Translations under genes and position numbers: made by a program | Assembly: GCA_900617105.1 (NCBI GenBank) | Contig: UYFQ01000459.1 | Location: 1 to 45,970, forward strand | Reading direction: 5' to 3' | From: Hydrurus foetidus | Taxonomy: Eukaryota | Length of the DNA: 45,970 nucleotides | In this document: in pieces, positions 24,601-36,537 of the stretch | How positions within the stretch are numbered: position 1 is the stretch's first letter | Layout of the letters: every line of letters starts with the position of its first letter | The notes under the pieces: generated by a model | What the model was told of the DNA's origin: nothing | Database searches by the model: none | The model's input: the letters and a program-made list of their open reading frames with translations, nothing else

Positions 24601-26574
24601 AGTAGTCCACAAGACAACATGGTCTCCAGCGTGGATACCAGTCAGCACAGTACTGACACACCGGACAGCGGCGCACTGACCGATCCCTCAGGGGATACAA
24701 TCCTCCCTATCCCTCCCCCACTTGTTAACACTCTTATCACAGACAGTGCAGAAGAAGAGGATCGAGAGAGAACAATCAAGGAGAGGATGATCGAGTACTT
24801 CCGAACTGGACAAGGAACACTGAACAAATCCTTGGAGCAAGGAGCTACCTTCGTGACCTTCAACACACCACTCGTAACGACACCCACCCAGAGCATCTCA
24901 TGCACAGAGTCGATCAAGACCACACTGCTGAAGCGCAGGATCGAGTCACATGTGGACCCCAGCGCCAACGTGAGTGTGAGAGAGGCGCTCAGGACGAGGG
25001 GTGACGACGCACGCCTAGTCATCAACAAGGAGCTTCAACAGATGTTAGACAAGAGAGTTTGGGCACCAGTCATGTTCCACAAGCTCACAGCCAGTCAACG
25101 CTCATCTATCATCCGATCGTCCATGTTCCTTAAGAGGAAGACTTACCCAGACGGCAGCTTCGACAAGTACAAGGCGAGACTTGTCGCAGGGGGAGACCAA
25201 CAGGACAAACAACTGTACGACGACTTATCGTCCCCAACCGTATCGACAAGTGCGGTATTCACCGTCGCGGCAATCAGCGCATACGAACGCAGGCATGTCG
25301 CAGTAGTGGACATTATGGGTGCATTCCTCAACGCCCACATGACAACAAAGGTCCCAGTTCACATGAGACTCGACAAGACCATGTCGGATATGATCATTGC
25401 ACTCGACGGTACGTACGGGCGGTACGCAGACGACAAAGGGAGAGTCGTGGTCCTACTCAAGCGTGCACTATATGGATGTGTCGAGAGCGCAGCCCTGTGG
25501 TACGAGAACCTCAGCAAGACCATGACAGGCCTAGGGTTTACTCGCAACGAGAGCGATATATGTGTGTTCAATCGTGCGGACATCAGGGGTGTGCAGTGCA
25601 CAGCGACTATCCACGTGGACGACCTGCTGATCACCAGCACTAGCAAGGCGATGATCGCAGAACTCACTGAGGGCCTGAGAGTTAGGTATGGTGAAATCAC
25701 TCTAGCACACGGTCCTCTAATCAATTACCTTGGAATGGCATTTGATTTCTCTCGCGTAGGTGAAGCGCGCGTGAATATGACCGGGTACGTGGACGAGATG
25801 CTCGAGTCATCAGGGGTGCATGGTATCGCTAAGACACCAGCGACAGACGGCCTTTTCGACATTCGCCCGGATGCGGTCACGGTGAGCGAAGAAGTGCGTG
25901 TGTGGTTTCACCACGTCACAGCCCAGCTGGTCTACCTTGCCAAGAGGGCCAAGCCGGAATGCCTCGTCCCGGTAGCCTACCTGGCGACCAGAGTGACACG
26001 GTGCACTGAAGACGATGTGGACAAGTTACACCGCCTAGTGCGGTACATCCGCTGGTCACGCGACACAGGACTGGTGTTCAACCCTGGGGCCATCGGGATA
26101 ACAGTGAGACTCTTTGTGGATGCATCCTACGGTGTGCACGGGGACGGCAAGTCACACACCGGGTCGTGCGTGGTCATAGGGGATGTGGGTGCGGTGCACT
26201 GCAGATCAGCCAAGCAGGGGATCGTGTCCAAGTCTAGCACGGAAGCGGAGCTCATTGCACTATCGGACTCGGCCAACCAGGGATTACACACTAGGATGTT
26301 TCTAGTCAACCAGGGGTACGCGATGGGTCCTGTCACGGTGTACCAGGACAACATGTCATGCATGGCACTCATCGACCGAGGGAGGTCCGGGGCAGAGAAG
26401 ACGAGGCATATCAGCATCCGCTACTTTTGGGTCAAGGAGCGAGTGACCACAGGAGAGATGAAACTGGAGCACAAGGGGACCAAAGAAATGTACGCTAACC
26501 TCCTCACCAAGCCGCTGCAGGGGTCACAATTCGTCTACGAGAGAGAGTGTCTTACGGGATGGCCCAAGGCATGA
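21697..26574 (+). CDS. Copia gag-pol polyprotein (1625 aa)
   Basis: Zn knuckle CYVCGNLGHYARDC; protease LLDNQ; integrase SIDIMF...SDGEG...VERRIR; RT YKARLVAGG, ALYG, IHVDD; RNase H VDAS, STEAE, YQDN, ANLLTKPL. Confidence 0.97.
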   Translation: MPPKKAAVAEKSTDGCILQYGQENNAVEWREEMYNLTTGLYGTTGMFFHLNRSYKHPLPQLKDYHPAYVAPVVAANPVADADDDEDYGSGNEEDSGDDSTVQEETEGPVVNVEQFSEKFINKLREGAYDRRQRAIELQAVNETKIWALMWSKMSTASQSKVREDPKFEMARHALDSVRLWKFIRKSHISHMYGDHDNMSSVNLHDQQLRYNVLRQGDRELVADFKTRFDNQLKANHGVGMVEVAESIKALDFISKLDLKRYGSMLTTMRNNACQNIPGAYPSTLAAAFRTASTWTRDGSFAPLGGIPHLAFLADAIHVTKGKETEKVKTPPPSKKVPADNKAKRSSLESVLCYVCGNLGHYARDCDERKSEKALYTSTENISVDDKDKGEYAFTTTTELVLFSRSHVLLDNQPSVSIFSNKDLLTDVKQADSSIVLNGVQANAKGVRVSEEGYFNEVGNVYYSPNATANILSFAAMVDDGAKIRYDQNESRFTLQPKGSDNIYSFCRRSIPGSEGRFYVCDVRSMISKRATSHPPEEHAMVQTVADNLKLHTKREVMSARCARELIARMGYPSVEEAISMLRTGNDFNVTEYDFRVADAIWGKDIASIKGKTVKRRSQTPMLTLTPSVVQQEQILSIDIMFVEQVALLVAVSHPLDLTLGVILDQADSGKPSRTAESVKKCLDVIISTLKSRNFIVSLIMSDGEGAIGKLTPYLERLSIEVNISGAGGHIARVERRIRMIKERIRSHICGRLPFALTINGLSMLALYCISRINYQHSGSRPGGTTPREAFSGQRIAGTRDFRVAFGDYCQCTVANTDNSMNPRTEDCIVCLPTSNRTGSVKMLSIATNKIILRDNFKVLPMPASIIQILNQLAAKDGRYLSRTPNVYNEIQYRHSVDKSMMPRFMQIRPPNPEQRQRAHAQDSPAIAQLSQPILADIPQEEFSVPPDIGGDLTLTQNISELHPEETVQSSPQDNMVSSVDTSQHSTDTPDSGALTDPSGDTILPIPPPLVNTLITDSAEEEDRERTIKERMIEYFRTGQGTLNKSLEQGATFVTFNTPLVTTPTQSISCTESIKTTLLKRRIESHVDPSANVSVREALRTRGDDARLVINKELQQMLDKRVWAPVMFHKLTASQRSSIIRSSMFLKRKTYPDGSFDKYKARLVAGGDQQDKQLYDDLSSPTVSTSAVFTVAAISAYERRHVAVVDIMGAFLNAHMTTKVPVHMRLDKTMSDMIIALDGTYGRYADDKGRVVVLLKRALYGCVESAALWYENLSKTMTGLGFTRNESDICVFNRADIRGVQCTATIHVDDLLITSTSKAMIAELTEGLRVRYGEITLAHGPLINYLGMAFDFSRVGEARVNMTGYVDEMLESSGVHGIAKTPATDGLFDIRPDAVTVSEEVRVWFHHVTAQLVYLAKRAKPECLVPVAYLATRVTRCTEDDVDKLHRLVRYIRWSRDTGLVFNPGAIGITVRLFVDASYGVHGDGKSHTGSCVVIGDVGAVHCRSAKQGIVSKSSTEAELIALSDSANQGLHTRMFLVNQGYAMGPVTVYQDNMSCMALIDRGRSGAEKTRHISIRYFWVKERVTTGEMKLEHKGTKEMYANLLTKPLQGSQFVYERECLTGWPKA

Positions 26575-26673
26575 GAAAAGGGAAATTTGTTTGTTTAGCT
26601 TAGTTACAATCACATTATCATGTCATGTTATATTACGCGCATTGTGTTTCTAACGGCCTCCATCCTAGGGGTG

Positions 26674-27041
26674 TGTTGGAGTTTCGTTCTGTGGTGAACT
26701 GCTCTTTGTAGTATGTAGGACCGTTCGGTCATTGTTGTGTGTGTGTGGTGTGTGATGTACTATACGGTTGTATGGTGCGTTACAGTTCGGCATGAAAAGT
26801 GTTTCATGCGCGTTACACCACTCGTTCATTGATGTTCTGTTTTCTTCCTTCTAGAGTAGCGTAGATAGGTGGCGCTGTAAGCTTCGTGGCTGGCAAACAG
26901 GGATGTCAGTCACAAGTTAAATTATCGACTGATTGGAAAACAACACCTCTTCCATTTCACGGGATTTGCGTAGTTCTCGTACTAGACACTTCGTACGTGA
27001 AGCTGTTCACGGCGCGGTTGCGGAATACGGAATTCGCAACA
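26674..27041 (+). repeat. 3' LTR of Copia element (368 bp)
   Basis: Copy of 21302-21670, preceded by a short purine tract AGGGG and followed by the TSD CCAAC. Confidence 0.96.
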
Positions 27042-27144
27042 CCAACATCACAAGTCAAAGCCCGCAGATTGAACCTCATTCTCGCTCTACATTATCATCT
27101 GTATCCTATTGGTCAGCATTCGTTATCAGTGACGGGACGGCAGC

Positions 27145-29775
27145 ATGATGCGGTCAAGATTTTTTGTTAAAAGTTTACTTCGCGAGGTGACGAAAACGCA
27201 ATTCAACTTCAGACCACTCTCGAGTTCTGGCTATGTCGATCCCGGATGGATGATTGTGTCAGATGACCCTGAGGTTGATCCCGCTCGTATCAAAATTCCT
27301 GTTTTGACCGACATCGTTCGGCAAGAAATATATCAAAAGTTCAAGGAGGATCCTGAAAAATGGACGATACCTGAGATAGCAAATCATTACGGGTGCACAC
27401 ATGAAAGAGCGAAAGCAGTCATCTACCTCCTTCAGAAGAGAGAGGAGATGATGAAAGAGAACAATGTGATGGATATACCAGCTGCCTGGACTGTCATTCT
27501 CGAGAAGCATCAAGCTGAGCCTCTGACGAATACAGTGGAAGCCCTCGCTGAAGAATACGTATTACCAGTCCAGGAAATAACCGACATCCTCAAGAGAATG
27601 AAAATGCACAAAGCGAGGTGCAGTTTTGACCATCGTAGGAGTGATGAGTGACTGGACGCTCTTTGATTAACGTCGTAGAATTTAATGTTACATTTCTCTC
27701 TCCCGCTTCATTACTATTTTTCTTTAGAATGGACAATTTAACATCGAATGAGGAAGATATGGAGGAAATTCTACACGAGTACAGAGAGGAGGGTGGCGTT
27801 GACACGTCCTTCAAGGAAACTCCGAAGAAGATTAAGAGTAACAGCATTCGTCACAACTATTCTGAAACACTTTTCGGTGATGATGGATATGAAGAAACGA
27901 AATACAACCTTCTCAAGAGAATCGAAAGAGAGACAAGATGCTATCCTATTCCTGACCTAGCCTTCTACCTCAACAGAGAAACAGCTGCTAAGAAGCTGTC
28001 AGATGAGTTGGCGAAGAAATACGAGGAGAAACTGATCAAGCCCCCTTTCCTGAGATGCAAAATAGCGTTTAAGGATCTCAACAAGAGCAACAGAGAACCC
28101 ATCATCATCCGCTGCAGAGACGGGAAGTAAGATTATCTATCATCTTTTCTGCACGCCATCAACTCTAGTAAAACTTCGTTTGTTCTATTTGTGCCGTCAC
28201 TTGTCCAACTCCATCTCGCTCCCTCCTTTCTCGAACAGCTGCACTGCAATTTAATCGAACCATCCATCCGTGCTGTATATCAATCACCATATTACACAAT
28301 GCACTACACATAACATCACAGAATGTTCTTTGGTAATTTCAACTCACGTAACGTTCTTTGTCACTCAGAATGCGCGCTGCTAATCCACTCGAAGAAGCGG
28401 GAAGATCGTGGAACCGCCACCCCAACGCTTTAGATATGGTAAACTCATTTTATTTTATTCGAATTCATTACTTTATCTCACCCCAACGTAAACAAGATGA
28501 GCTTATTTGACTAAATTCTAATTGTCTCCATCTCATCCCAACCTACTTGACGTGGTTGAGATGTCTCATATCATACTGACCATATTTTAATTAGTTTTTT
28601 ATCCCATCCCAACGCCCTGAACGTGATCAGTCAGCAGACATCATTCAAATTGAACTCAAATCGCATCGTCTTGTCTTGTCTTGTCTTGTCTGTCTCGCCC
28701 CATCGTGCCTTACACAGTACTAAATCATATTATACTATCTTGATCCCTCTTATCTCAACTCAACTGATCTCACCTCTTCTAATTTCACTGCGTACGATCG
28801 TTTCTCAATTTATTCCGTCTTCACTGAACATACGCATTACTTCTTTATTTCTTACTTTACCTTTTCCCCTCTTTTTTCGCACATTTTTTGACTCCCTTTC
28901 CAATGTTCAACAATTTTTTTTCCACTTTTTTTCAGGCCTTCCACAAAGAACGTGTGGACACGTACGTACATAATGTTACATCTGATATGCGCTATGCGTT
29001 TATCACACTGTCTTGTGACATGTGGTGTACTGTTTTGAGACGTGTTGTGCTGTATTATGTGATGTGAAGTGCTACACTGTGATATGATATAATGTGATGT
29101 GATATGATATGATCTGCTGTGGTATGAGGTGTGTGACGTGATGTTATATGTGGTGGTGCCGCACGTGTTGAAACTTTTTCTGGTCCTTATAGTGATAGAG
29201 ATGTCTCCCCTATTCGAATCTTCGGACTAACTCTGTGTGTCCCACAGACACTATCATCCCTATCTGCATCTCATCAACGCCTCTCTACTTAGTCTCAAAC
29301 CCTATCTACTCTGTGCCTGAATCTACTTCACGTGCGTGTGCACACATCTTCTCTCTACATCTTCTACATCTATATCTTTCTGTTTTACCTACCTTCATAC
29401 TCTTTTTCTCTTTTCTCCCCCTATATTCATCTTTTCTCTTTTACGCTGTCTGATAGTACGCACATGTTTTCCTTCTTTCCTTCTCTTCTTTCCTTCCGTC
29501 CTTTTCTTGCTTTTTTTTCTTCTGCTCTTCTTATCTCTTTCTTTGTTCTTTTAATCCTTTCTTTCCTTTTGTTCTTTCTTTCCTTTTATTCCTTGTCTTC
29601 TTTTATTCCCTTCTATCCTTTTATTCCTTCTGTGTTTTTGCTCTTTTTCCTCTTCAGATTCCGCGATCCTGACGGCGATGACGCACGTGCGTACGGCATG
29701 ATCGAGACGAGGAGGAACAGACACAGGAGGATCAAAGCAGAGCTCGCGGCAGCAGCATTGGCTGCTAAGGGCTAG
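27145..29775 (+). CDS. Probable mitochondrial ribosomal small-subunit protein, mS45/Bot1-like (~361 aa, 5 exons)
   Basis: join(27145-27617, 27728-28126, 28369-28438, 28936-28961, 29658-29775), GT-AG and in frame. The N-terminus is an Arg/Ser/Phe-rich, acid-poor presequence (MMRSRFFVKSLLR...FRPLSS). PVLTDIVRQEIYQKF..DPEKWTIPEIANHYG...ERAKAVIYL resembles the Bot1/mS45 helix-turn-helix core. The family call is from recognition only. Confidence 0.65.
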
Positions 29776-29870
29776 GTGTGGGATGGGGTGGGATCGGGTG
29801 GGGTGGTGTGGTGTGGGATGGGATGAGATGGGGTGAGATGTCATGGCATGGGGTGAAATGGGGTGAGATA
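29776..29870 (+). repeat. G-rich pentamer repeat (GGGAT/GGGGT) immediately after the stop codon
   Basis: GTGTGGGATGGGGTGGGATCGGGTGGGGTGG... Confidence 0.8.
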
Positions 29871-30971
29871 TAAGTAGGGCGAAGGGAGAGGATAGAGGGA
29901 TAACGATTGGGAGGTGTGGGTGTGGTGGCAGTGGAGTGGAGTGCAGTGGTGGGAGAGGAATGCTGTGTAGCACTCAGTAGGAGGTGGAGATAGAGGGGGC
30001 TCTGGAGATTGGATTGTGCTGTGCTCTTGGTGGGTCGAGTTGAGTCACTCTGAGCACTGACTATGGTGAAGGAGTCAGTAAGAGGAAAAGAGAGAGGGTG
30101 AAGCGCAGAAATGAAAGGAAAAGAATTAGCAGGAAAGGAAAAACATGGTTGCAAATTGAAAATGTAACACTTCGAACAGAATGTAGAAGTTATGGGAGTA
30201 ACAGTTTCACGTATCCGATCGAATTCGATTATTTCCTATCCTCATGAGACCAACCACTCAGCTTCGTTAGATTTGAATTATGTGTTTCTATTTTTAAATA
30301 ACATCACAACTCAACTTGAGCACAGTTTCCTCGTTTTACTACTGATTGATTTGCTAGGGCGCGATCTGCGTCGCATTCGGCCATCCATTGGATATGTCAT
30401 GCGTATCACGAAATACGAAATATTTATCGCACTTCTTCAAGCCTCAAATTTAATATTTCCGAATCCTTTGCGAAATTTTGCCACACATTTCATAGATTTT
30501 TACAGAAAATCTTGATTTTTTTACAGATGCTTCTTTGATAATGTTACTTCCACTAGCAAGAGGGAGTCAAGGTGAACCATGAAGTTTTTATTGGGTGCTA
30601 TAAAAACGTTATTACTTCGTGGAGAAGTCAGAAACATGAGATGTATTCAATCATGTTCCAAGGCAGCTATGAATGCAAAAGTAGGCGCAAAATGACTGCA
30701 GTAACGTAATTGATGAAGGGAGAAAACCAAAATTTGTATGCCCATTTGGAAAAAACGAAATCTCAAGATACGAAATACTGAAAATACATTATACTGAAAA
30801 AATTCGTTTCCGGAAAAACCAAAAATCGCAGACACTCTACTTCGAGGAATTCTTCTGAGAATATGTGTTTCTCTGTTGCATCGTCATGACTGTCCTACAG
30901 TTCATGACTTTGGTTGACAACACTCTTCCTATGACCTTACTGAACAGTGTGCAAATCTTGAGATAGGAAAA

Positions 30972-31232
30972 GACTCAAATAAAAATGACGACTTTAAGAA
31001 GAGAATCAAAACTTTTCCGACGAATCGAAGACTTTCATGCGAGAATCAAGACCATTCAGGTGTATCGGCGACTTTACAAAACATCTCACAATAATCCAAA
31101 TAGTGGCAACTTCGTGGAAATTGATCGCAATTTCTCTAATAGTGCTTGTTCTACTTTTAAAGTTCTTGATTCTCTAGAATAGTTTTTTTCTTCCTTTCTT
31201 GAACATACGTAGTTTCCCGTTATTAGGGTGCC
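30972..31232 (+). mobile_element. Short non-autonomous Mutator-like element, same family as 36981-37896
   Basis: Shares the left end GACTCAAAT, the GAATCAAAACTTTT subterminal repeats and the right end AAAGTTCTTGATTCTCTA...CCGTTATT(A/T)GGGTGCC with the larger copy. Flanks ATAGGAAAA and ATGGGAGAG look like a decayed 9-bp TSD. Confidence 0.7.
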
Positions 31233-31320
31233 ATGGGAGAGGGACCGGGAAAACGGGGACCGTCCCAAACTGAATCCTTCGTCCTTTGGGGATAAGAATT
31301 AGAAAGAAAAGAAGGACCCA

Positions 31321-31373
31321 AAGGAAGAAAAGAATTCTTCGAGAACTTCTCATTTTCCAAAAGAATTTCGAAC
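31321..31373 (+). promoter_or_regulatory. Possible heat-shock-element-like GAA/TTC cluster upstream of HSP90
   Basis: AGAATTCTTCGAGAACTTCTC...AGAATTTCGAAC, about 105-155 bp upstream of the ATG. Only one canonically spaced TTCnnGAA pair is present. Confidence 0.35.
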
Positions 31374-31477
31374 CCAAGTGACTGGTGAAACAAATCAGCC
31401 TCGAAGACCTAAGCAACTCGTCACCATAGTACACTATCTATAGACAGTTTCACATCTTCCAAAAGGAATCTTGAACA

Positions 31478-34400
31478 ATGGCTGAAGCTCCAGCTGAAAC
31501 CTTCGCATTCAGTGCTGATATCAACCAGCTTCTTTCGCTGATTATTAACACCTTCTACTCTAACAAGGAAATCTTTCTTCGTGAGCTGATCTCCAATGCA
31601 AGTGATGCACTTGACAAGATCAGATATCTCTCCTTGACCGACCCTACCGTCCTTGACAGTGAGCGTGACCTTGAGATCAGAATTATTCCTGACAAAGCAA
31701 ACAAATGTCTGATTCTAGAGGACTCCGGCATCGGAATGACAAAGGCCGACCTGGTCAACAATCTTGGCACAATCGCCAAGTCGGGCACAAAAGGATTCAT
31801 GGAGGCTCTATCTGCCGGCGCCGACATTAGTATGATTGGTCAATTCGGTGTAGGTTTCTACTCGGCATACCTTGTCGCCGACAAGGTCACCGTGTACTCC
31901 AAGAACAACGATGACGAGCAGCACTGCTGGGAATCCGCCGCCGGCGGATCTTTTGTCGTCACCCGCGACGACTCTGCCCCCCTCACTCGTGGCACACGCA
32001 TTGTGCTGCTACTCAAGGAGGACATGCAGGAGTACCTTGAGGAGAAGCGCCTCAAGGAACTAGTGAAGAAGCACTCCGAGTTCATCGGGTTTCCTATCAA
32101 GCTCTCCGTGGAGAAAGAGACTGAGAAGGAGGTCACCGATGACGAGGATGAGGAGGAAGTTGAGGGCGAAGAGCCAAAGGTCATGGACATTGATGAGGAG
32201 GAGAAGACCAAGAAAGTGAAGAAGGTCAAGCAGGTGACCAAGTCCTGGTCTCACCTCAACGAGCAGAAGCCTATCTGGATGAGAAAGCCAGAGGAAGTCT
32301 CCGCCGACGACTACAGTGCCTTCTACAAGGCGCTTAACAACGATTGGGAGGATCACCTCGCCGTGAAGCACTTCTCTGTTGAGGTACGTTTCCGTCGCAC
32401 ATCTACTACAATCACGCCTACACAGTCAACACTGATAATAAAATATGCAAAACTACACTCCGACACTGCCACACCCACTCTCCACTCTCACAGGGTCAGC
32501 TCGAATTCCGCGCTGTTATGTTCATCCCCAAAAGAGCTCCTTTCGACATGTTCGAAGGTGCCAACAAGAAGAAGCACAACAACATCAAACTGTATGTGCG
32601 CAGAGTTTTCATCATGGACAACTGCGAGGAGCTCATGCCTGAGTGGCTCTCATTCGTCAAGGTACCTCATCACATCCTCTCCGACAGATTTCACACGTAT
32701 TGGACATCCATCATTCCTGACTCCAAAACCCACTTTTTAATCTTTTTTTTTCTTGTTCTTTCAGGGTGTAGTCGATTCTGAAGACCTTCCCCTCAACATC
32801 TCAAGAGAATCTCTTCAGCAGAACAAGATCCTACGCGTCATCCGTAAGAATCTAGTCAAGAAGTCCATCGACATGATCACGGACATTGCGGAGGACTCTG
32901 AGAAGTACATCAAGTTCTACGAACAATTCTCCAAGAACCTTAAGGTGACTACCTACTAAATTGAAGAAACCACATTTAACTAATGAAATAAATGCGAAAT
33001 ACTGCAGTCAATTCAATTGATTATTACAGCTAAGACATTGATAAGTCACTCGTCACACGAGAATTGCCGCTGTGTTGTTGAACTTCAAATCAATCATACG
33101 GACGCCAAACCCTTCGATCCATCACTTCCATGATCACTCACCCACTTCATCTTGTCCTGTGTGTATATCTCACCTTTTCCTGTACCCACCATCACAGCTG
33201 GGCATTCACGAAGACAGCACCAACCGCGCCAAGCTTGCCAAGCTGCTCAGATACCACTCCACCAAGTCAGGCGAGACCATGTCGTCACTCGACGACTACA
33301 TCTCACGCATGCCCGCCGACCAGGTACGTACAGCTAACCCTTCTTCTTCAAAAGCCGTCAGACTGCAAACTCCCCTTCTAGCTGTGTGACCATCAATTCG
33401 ACCAGTCTGACTGGTCCTGACCAATGACGACACAGCAAACCTCGCTTTCAGCCGTTATTGACTGACGATCAGTGTGACTTACATCTTCACATGAGTGTGA
33501 CGTCAGACCCCTCGATACCACATCTAGTACGTCACTATTATCTATCACAACATTTGTGACACATACCAACATATAAAATCAACCCTATGCCATGACACAC
33601 AGAACGACATCTACTACGTCACTGGCGAGTCGAAGAAGCAGGTCGAGAACTCTCCTTTCCTGGAGAAGCTCAAGAAGAAGGGAGTCGAGGTAAACCTTGT
33701 CTTCTCTCCGCCTGTTGTCTTCAACATACACTGTACAACTACTGGATCACACTTAGAAGCACTGACATGGGAGTACCATCCACTCTTATCATCAACTGCC
33801 CAGCCTCTCGCACTCTCCCATCATTCTCATCCTATGCATGTGATGTCTCACAACAACAGGTGCTGTTCATGGTCGACCCCATTGACGAGTACGCAGTCCA
33901 GCAGCTCAAGGAGTACGAGGGAAAGAAACTCATCTGCGCAACCAAAGAGGTAACATCACATATTCTCTTCTATTCTGCTCTCACATGCATTTAGTCATTG
34001 AGCCAACTACACTGTCATGGAAAATCAGTCGCAACCCATCTATTCGTTCTTTTCTCACAACTTCCTTTTGCTTTCTTCTTCACAGGGACTTAAAATCACG
34101 GAGTCAGAGGAAGAGAAGAAGAGTTTCGAGGAGCAGAAGGCTGCCACAGAGGGTCTCTGCGCCCTCATTAAAGAAGTACTTGACGACAAGGTGAGACAAG
34201 GAAGCTCTCCTTATATCGCCTCACCCTCCCCGAGCTGGTGTCAGGCAACATCACCTACTCATCGGGTTGAGGACCGCCACACCAACTGTCCATCTCCGTT
34301 TCTAATCCATAAGTTTCATCCAGACGTTTCCAAGTACCACACGACCCAATACGCCATCCCTCAGTTTCTTCTATGCTACATACCACCCACGTGAATCTCT

Positions 34401-35301
34401 CACGTAGAAATCACCCCTGCCCTCCCTACACACTCAACCTGACACTCCATCACGCAGACTTTGTCTATCGCCTACATTTCACCAACGCTCCTCACGCAGC
34501 GTCTCTAGATCCGTCTCGTCACCTTCCCCTCTTTTAAACTCGTAAAGCATCTTCACACCTGATATCACCCCACATACCCCCTCCCAATACTTCTGACATC
34601 ACTCTCACATCCATCCTCCCTGTCGATCTGTAGGTCGAGAAGGTGGTCGTGTCCAACCGTCTCGAGCACGCCCCCTGCGTGTTGGTGACTGGCGAATATG
34701 GCTGGTCCGCCAACATGGAGAGAATCATGAAGGCGCAGGCCCTACGCGACTCCTCCTCTTCCTCATACATGAGCAGCAAGAAGGTGCACAACATGAACTG
34801 CATGTTACTCCTTGACGACCCCATCCCACTACCATCTTTATCACCACTAACCATCCTCTCTCTTAACAAACGCAATGCGCACTACACAGACACTTGAAGT
34901 CAACCCCACCAACCCCATCATTGCCTCTCTGAGAGAGAAGGTGAGTGCCGACCAGAGCGACAAGACCGTCAAGGACGTCATCTGGATGCTCTACGACACG
35001 TCCCTCCTCACTTCAGGGTTCTCTCTCGACGAGCCAACTACCTTCGCCAACAGAATTCACAGGTACGTGTACCACCTCCTAATTATCACCATCACATCGG
35101 GCGACACATATTTAACTCCAACTAACTCCCCACTGCAATCTCATTTACTAATCTGTAACATCCATACTTCCCTGTCGCGCTCGTAGACTAATCAAACTCG
35201 GACTGTCCATTGACGAGGAGGAAGAGGAAGAGAGCGAGACACTCCCCGAGCTGGAGTCTGACGACATCGCTGACTCATCCACAATGGAGGAGGTGGATTG
35301 A
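31478..35301 (+). CDS. HSP90: Cytosolic heat shock protein 90 (~699 aa, 10 exons)
   Basis: join(31478-32383, 32494-32661, 32765-32944, 33198-33323, 33603-33689, 33860-33949, 34086-34190, 34634-34783, 34890-35062, 35187-35301) = 2100 nt. Motifs [70 protein letters not shown] and C-terminal MEEVD. Confidence 0.98.
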
Positions 35302-36537
35302 GAACCTCCACATCAACTGTCCTTCCCATCGTGTCCGCCTCTGGCTCTTGTCCCACCTGAAGGGAAGAGAGGGGAAGAGGTGTGAGGGGAGGGAAGGAAC
35401 TGGCGTGAGACTGTAAAGAGGGGAGGGAGTGAGTGGTCGGCAGCAGTGCAACGGAATAGAATGCTCTGAGTCAGAGCGAACACTGCTTGACACAAGAGAT
35501 TACGTGGCGCACACTTGAGCGAAGAAATCAAATCGAATAGAACAGGATTAGCACCTGGCGGAACTGGAGAGAGGGAAGTGACTGAGTCGAAGAGATGGAG
35601 TGACATGTGCGGTGGAGAGGAGAGTAGAGGATCAGAATCGTGTTGAGGCTTGAAATACATTGCACCAAGCAGCACCACACAGCACATGCATACAGCCCAC
35701 CTTCGACGGAATCGCTTGTCTCCTCCTCGCGTCATGCAAAGACACTGCTTATCCCGTCCTTTATGTCTGTCTCTGTTATAGCTGTCACAAGGAACATCAC
35801 TGTCAGTCAGCCATCTCTTCCACTAATCACACTACCTTTTTTTTTTCTCCTCTGTCAAAACCACATAAAAAAACACATAAAAATTATTGTTGACACCTCC
35901 TACCAGCCTTTCCTTGATATAAGTGGAGGCAGTTGCATTGTAACAAGAGGTGTAATAGATACACCGCGTATTTTTAATTGTAGCGCCATCGGTCAGTCGC
36001 ATTCAGACAACATAACGAACACGACACGTTGACGGACAGCATCCCGAACAGTGAAAACACAGGTTTCCCCGGCCTCCTCTGAATTACGCACCTCACTACG
36101 TCTCTGAAGAGCTTGCGATGGATACGCACAAACGTCTGCGGGCTGCCACTGTCCAAACCTCATTGATTTGCATTGCTTCACCTGCCATAGAATCGAAGCC
36201 TGTCTCAAAAAATAATTTCGAACATACCATCGACTCTCCTCACGACTCCAATTAATATTAAAATCGAATATTAAAATTACCAGCGTGCCATCAAAATTTA
36301 ATGGACCAACAGAATTCAGATCTTTGTCAACTTGATTTTACCTTTTCTCGCACAAAGTGACTTTTGATTTGTATATTTTTCATGGGAACGCATTTCAGTC
36401 AATCATAAGTTTTGCATGATCGGAATAGCGGTTTAGTATGTTTGCAGATGATCAGTTACACATCAGTTTCGATAGAAAGATTCGATAAATTCCAGGATAA
36501 CTCGTACCAAATATCCATTCCTGTAACGTTCCAGTTA

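Larger units (their letters stand above)
21302..27041 (+). mobile_element. Full-length Ty1/Copia LTR retrotransposon (resembles diatom CoDi-type elements), recent insertion
   Basis: Two LTRs with TGTTG...CAACA ends, 5-bp TSD CCAAC (21297-21301 and 27042-27046), and a single intact gag-pol ORF in Copia order PR-IN-RT-RH. Confidence 0.97.

Noticed and set aside
26886..27170. ORFs running out of the Copia LTR (94 aa and 71 aa)
   Set aside because: LTR-derived with no protein features.
28623..29657. Hydrophobic F/L/S-rich ORFs
   Set aside because: These are translations of pyrimidine-rich introns of the mS45-like gene.
35313..36500. Short ORFs downstream of HSP90
   Set aside because: UTR or intergenic composition with no domain similarity recognised.
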